Positions 61,038-64,000 of a DNA stretch of 64,000 nucleotides are shown in pieces. Under the pieces are notes generated by a model, which did not search any database, was not told the DNA's origin, and saw nothing but the letters and a program-made list of their open reading frames with translations. The DNA is from Tubulanus polymorphus (lineage: Eukaryota > Animalia > Nemertea), in contig NC_134027.1 in the NCBI RefSeq assembly GCF_964204645.1, positions 8,340,485 to 8,404,484 on the forward strand, read 5' to 3'. Made by a program: the position numbers and the translations under genes. How positions within the stretch are numbered: the first letter of the stretch is position 1; each line of letters starts with the position of its first letter.

Positions 61038-64000
61038 TCATATTTGGTATAAACTAACCGGTCTACCAGCTAAAGTATTTCCGTTCAATTCGCAAACAGC
61101 ACGGATCGCATCTGGTGGACTATGAAATGCAATGGTTCCCTCACCAGTAGGTTTACCAGTTTCCGGATTACGACGTAAACGCAATGATTCGGTAATTGGT
61201 CGGAAACCACGGAAAAATTCAATCACTTCAGCGGGCGTGGATCGAAAATGTATATTGGTGATACCAATGACACATGCCGGCCGTCCAGGCCTGGGCGGAA
61301 TGCTGCCGTACATTTCATCAGGATACAAAGGTCCAGGTAGTGGACGTCGAGGGTCACGAGGCGGACCTCTTATCGGATGACCCATAGGAGCCATATGCCC
61401 ATCAACAGGCAGAGGCAAGGGTGTTATTCCCTGCTTCTGTTCAGCTACTGACGATTTAGTATGGAACAGACGCACAGCATCAGCCCGTGATGGCAGTTTA
61501 TTGACGTACAAGAAACGCTTGCCCATGTATTGCTGGTTACGTTTAAGGGCCTCTTCTTGATCATCCTGCGATGCAAATTCTATTAAACAATCGCCAGCGG
61601 CTCGGCCGTCTGGAAATCTCACAATCTTTATGCTACCGGGCACTACGTTTAATCCATTGAAAAACTGTTGAATGTCGGCCTCGGTAGACTGATATGATAG
61701 TCCGAAGAGATGACAACAAAAACCATCCGACTGATCCTCTGAAGCTGGCTCACCGAGATCAGTCGGTCTACTACCATTTTCATCCGTAACATTTTCGCCT
61801 GGCTTTTCGGTTTTTTGTTTCTCCAAGTAATCTTTATGATATTTGACGTGACTTTCTATTTCTTTGCGACTCATCGGACGTACGGTGATGACACGGTCAT
61901 CTATCGTTGAACGCGGAATTTCAATAGCCTGCCTGAAATCTTCCGAAGTAGCGAATTCAAGATAAGCTGTGCCTAGAGCTTTTCCATCCAATCCGTACTC
62001 GATATAAATGCTATTAGCGATAAATTTCAGTCCGTGGAATAGTGCATGGATCTCATTGATATCCACAGTCGACGGGAGTCCTTTTATACAAACGCACAAA
62101 TCATCAGGGATGCCGATTAACTGTCTCATAGGAGATAACGAGCGTTGTTTCTTCGATGGAATAAAAGAATCGATTGCTTCTTCGAATTCCATTTCTGAAC
62201 ATTTTACAATTGAGACTTGACGGTCGTCCATGTAACGACCAGCTTTCTCCATAGCATACTGCATGCTTTGGGGAGTCGCGAATTTTACGTACGCCGTACC
62301 GCAACGATTGCCACTAGAGTCATTAATCAATTTGAGACCATCGTGAAGAATCTCGCATCCGCTGAAGAAACGACGAATATTGCGATAACTGACCGTCAAC
62401 GGCATATTCGAGACGAACACGCAACATCCAGATTCTCGCGGCCGTTTCAGGCCACGCTCATCATCAAGAAACGGTGGAATCATTCTTGTCATACCTCGAG
62501 ACATGATGCTCGGATGAGGCAGTAAACCTGCTGGCTGTGAATTCGATTGCCGTTTGGAATCACCATTAGTGTCATGATTACGGTGCGACATATCATCGTT
62601 GAGAACGTCACGAGATTTCTCAGATCTTTCATGTCGATCTCGTCTTCGTTCTCGGTCCGAATCCCTTTCCTTCTCCGATGAAGAACGTCGATCTCGTTCT
62701 GACCGACCTTCCATTCGACTTCCGCTCTTGTCGCGGTCCCGTCTATCTCGATCGCGAGTTCGGTCTTTTTTCAAACCTTCGTCCGAACTTCGATCGCGTT
62801 CGCGTCGATCACGTTCTCTCGAATCGCGTTTCTCCTTCGTTTCGCGTTGATTGCTGCGTGGTCGGTCTCGTCCGTGATCGTCCGATGATCGCTTTTCTCG
62901 ATCTCTTTCGCGTGATCGTTCGCTGCGTTCACTTCTGTCTCTGTCTCTTCGATCTTCTCGTCGTCTTTCATCATCGCGGCTACTTCTCGCTTGTTCGACA
63001 TTGATATTCGATGACGCGGTCAGTTCTGGTTTTTGATCTATATTCGACCATCGACTCGAGCTATGCATGTCTCTCGGTGTACGGCCAATAAGCGGTCTGG
63101 AACTATCAACAGAAGGTTTCTCGAGTAAACTGCGTCCTTCCATTGGTCTATTATTCATCAACGGTCTATGAGACATACCGGTGTGATGAAAATGATGATC
63201 GATCGATGAATTTGGTTCGATCAACGGACTGGCCATTAGAGGTCTCCGTAATTCTCCAGCCGACAATCTAGGATCGACAGGCGCAGACATATCGGGGGCC
63301 TGTGAACGAACTGGTCTCGGACCGGCGCCGAGAAGAGCGGGTCGACGAGGAAAATCTTTAGGAGGACCTTGTATTCGAGGTGGCCCTTCGTGCCATCGAT
63401 CACGCGGAACGCTATCAGTCGCCGGGGGATAAGACGGAGTTTCTGCATCGCGCGCAGCCTGTGGATTTGGTTTATTTCGAAAATCACGCGCTTGATGACC
63501 ACTATCAGGGTTTTGAAAACCTTTACCGTGTAAATGTGGCTTCTCGGTAATTGCATTCACATGCGCACTGTTCTTTGTATCTATACCGAACATACCTTGC
63601 TCGCCAGCTGGGAATCCCTGATGAGCTGGGTATCCAGCAATCAATGGCTGCTTCATTTGATTTTGTTGCATTAACAACGGATTCAAATGGTTTAGATTCA
63701 TATGCGTCATGTTCGTTATTTGATTTAAAGCACTCATCGGAATCTGACCAGTGGCGGAGATCAATGGGTTGAATCCAGTCGGAGCGACGAGACCTACCGA
63801 CGATGGTAACGAAGAAGGAATAGTCGGAGATGTGGTTTGCGCTACCACTGCTGGATCCTCACCACGCGCTATAGCTATGACCTGGTTCATCTCGTTCTTA
63901 CTGCTCAGCATCAAAACGATCTTCTCGTTACACATCATCTTCCCGGACAGCATCATCGCGCGGCGAGCGTCGTCGTCAGTCGAAAACGCAATGAACGCGT
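61038..64000 (-). CDS. RBM12: RNA-binding protein 12/12B-like, multi-RRM, one uninterrupted coding exon; start lies beyond the right edge
   Basis: The frame is open to the window edge (AFIAFSTDDDARRAMML...IVLMLSSKNEMNQVI, compare RBM12 AFIVFATDEDARLGMM...VTLLLSSKTEMQNMI). It continues through a Pro/Gln region, an R/D/E/S mixed-charge tract and four further RRMs, ending GKPTGEGTIAF...LNGNTLAGRPVSLYQI*. Confidence 0.88.
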   Translation of the reverse strand, partial: AFIAFSTDDDARRAMMLSGKMMCNEKIVLMLSSKNEMNQVIAIARGEDPAVVAQTTSPTIPSSLPSSVGLVAPTGFNPLISATGQIPMSALNQITNMTHMNLNHLNPLLMQQNQMKQPLIAGYPAHQGFPAGEQGMFGIDTKNSAHVNAITEKPHLHGKGFQNPDSGHQARDFRNKPNPQAARDAETPSYPPATDSVPRDRWHEGPPRIQGPPKDFPRRPALLGAGPRPVRSQAPDMSAPVDPRLSAGELRRPLMASPLIEPNSSIDHHFHHTGMSHRPLMNNRPMEGRSLLEKPSVDSSRPLIGRTPRDMHSSSRWSNIDQKPELTASSNINVEQARSSRDDERRREDRRDRDRSERSERSRERDREKRSSDDHGRDRPRSNQRETKEKRDSRERDRRERDRSSDEGLKKDRTRDRDRRDRDKSGSRMEGRSERDRRSSSEKERDSDRERRRDRHERSEKSRDVLNDDMSHRNHDTNGDSKRQSNSQPAGLLPHPSIMSRGMTRMIPPFLDDERGLKRPRESGCCVFVSNMPLTVSYRNIRRFFSGCEILHDGLKLINDSSGNRCGTAYVKFATPQSMQYAMEKAGRYMDDRQVSIVKCSEMEFEEAIDSFIPSKKQRSLSPMRQLIGIPDDLCVCIKGLPSTVDINEIHALFHGLKFIANSIYIEYGLDGKALGTAYLEFATSEDFRQAIEIPRSTIDDRVITVRPMSRKEIESHVKYHKDYLEKQKTEKPGENVTDENGSRPTDLGEPASEDQSDGFCCHLFGLSYQSTEADIQQFFNGLNVVPGSIKIVRFPDGRAAGDCLIEFASQDDQEEALKRNQQYMGKRFLYVNKLPSRADAVRLFHTKSSVAEQKQGITPLPLPVDGHMAPMGHPIRGPPRDPRRPLPGPLYPDEMYGSIPPRPGRPACVIGITNIHFRSTPAEVIEFFRGFRPITESLRLRRNPETGKPTGEGTIAFHSPPDAIRAVCELNGNTLAGRPVSLYQI

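Overview
Intron-rich, AT-rich eukaryotic (animal) genomic DNA with short GT-AG introns, probably from a compact-genome invertebrate such as a spiralian (lineage is an inference). It is not prokaryotic: no CRISPR, rRNA, tRNA or operons were seen. Ten protein-coding genes can be reconstructed by hand, in order: VPS35 (-, runs off the left edge), ORC6 (+), CARMIL/LRRC16 (-), NTF2/NUTF2-like (+), HEATR3 (+), intronless peroxisomal NUDT7-like (-), NFAT5 (+), intronless CYP1-like P450 (-), a short GARRE1/KIAA0355 homolog (+) and RBM12-like (-, runs off the right edge). Introns and intergenic DNA carry several MITE families, a Helentron-like element, tandem repeats and a dead CR1/L2-type RT fragment. 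Most notable: (1) seven consecutive genes whose human counterparts lie on 16q, including the head-to-head VPS35/ORC6 pair; (2) a U12-type intron in VPS35; (3) NFAT5 sequence that appears to encode splice switches at both ends (a stop/restart at the N-terminus and candidate alternative terminal exons removing the Q-rich tail); (4) AhR/XRE-consensus motifs upstream of the CYP1-like gene; (5) a candidate Rbfox-regulated cassette exon in CARMIL. Gene identities come from remembered protein sequences, not database searches, and alternative exons are predictions. I found no clearly new biological system; the NFAT5 isoform switches and the XRE-CYP1 module are the best leads.
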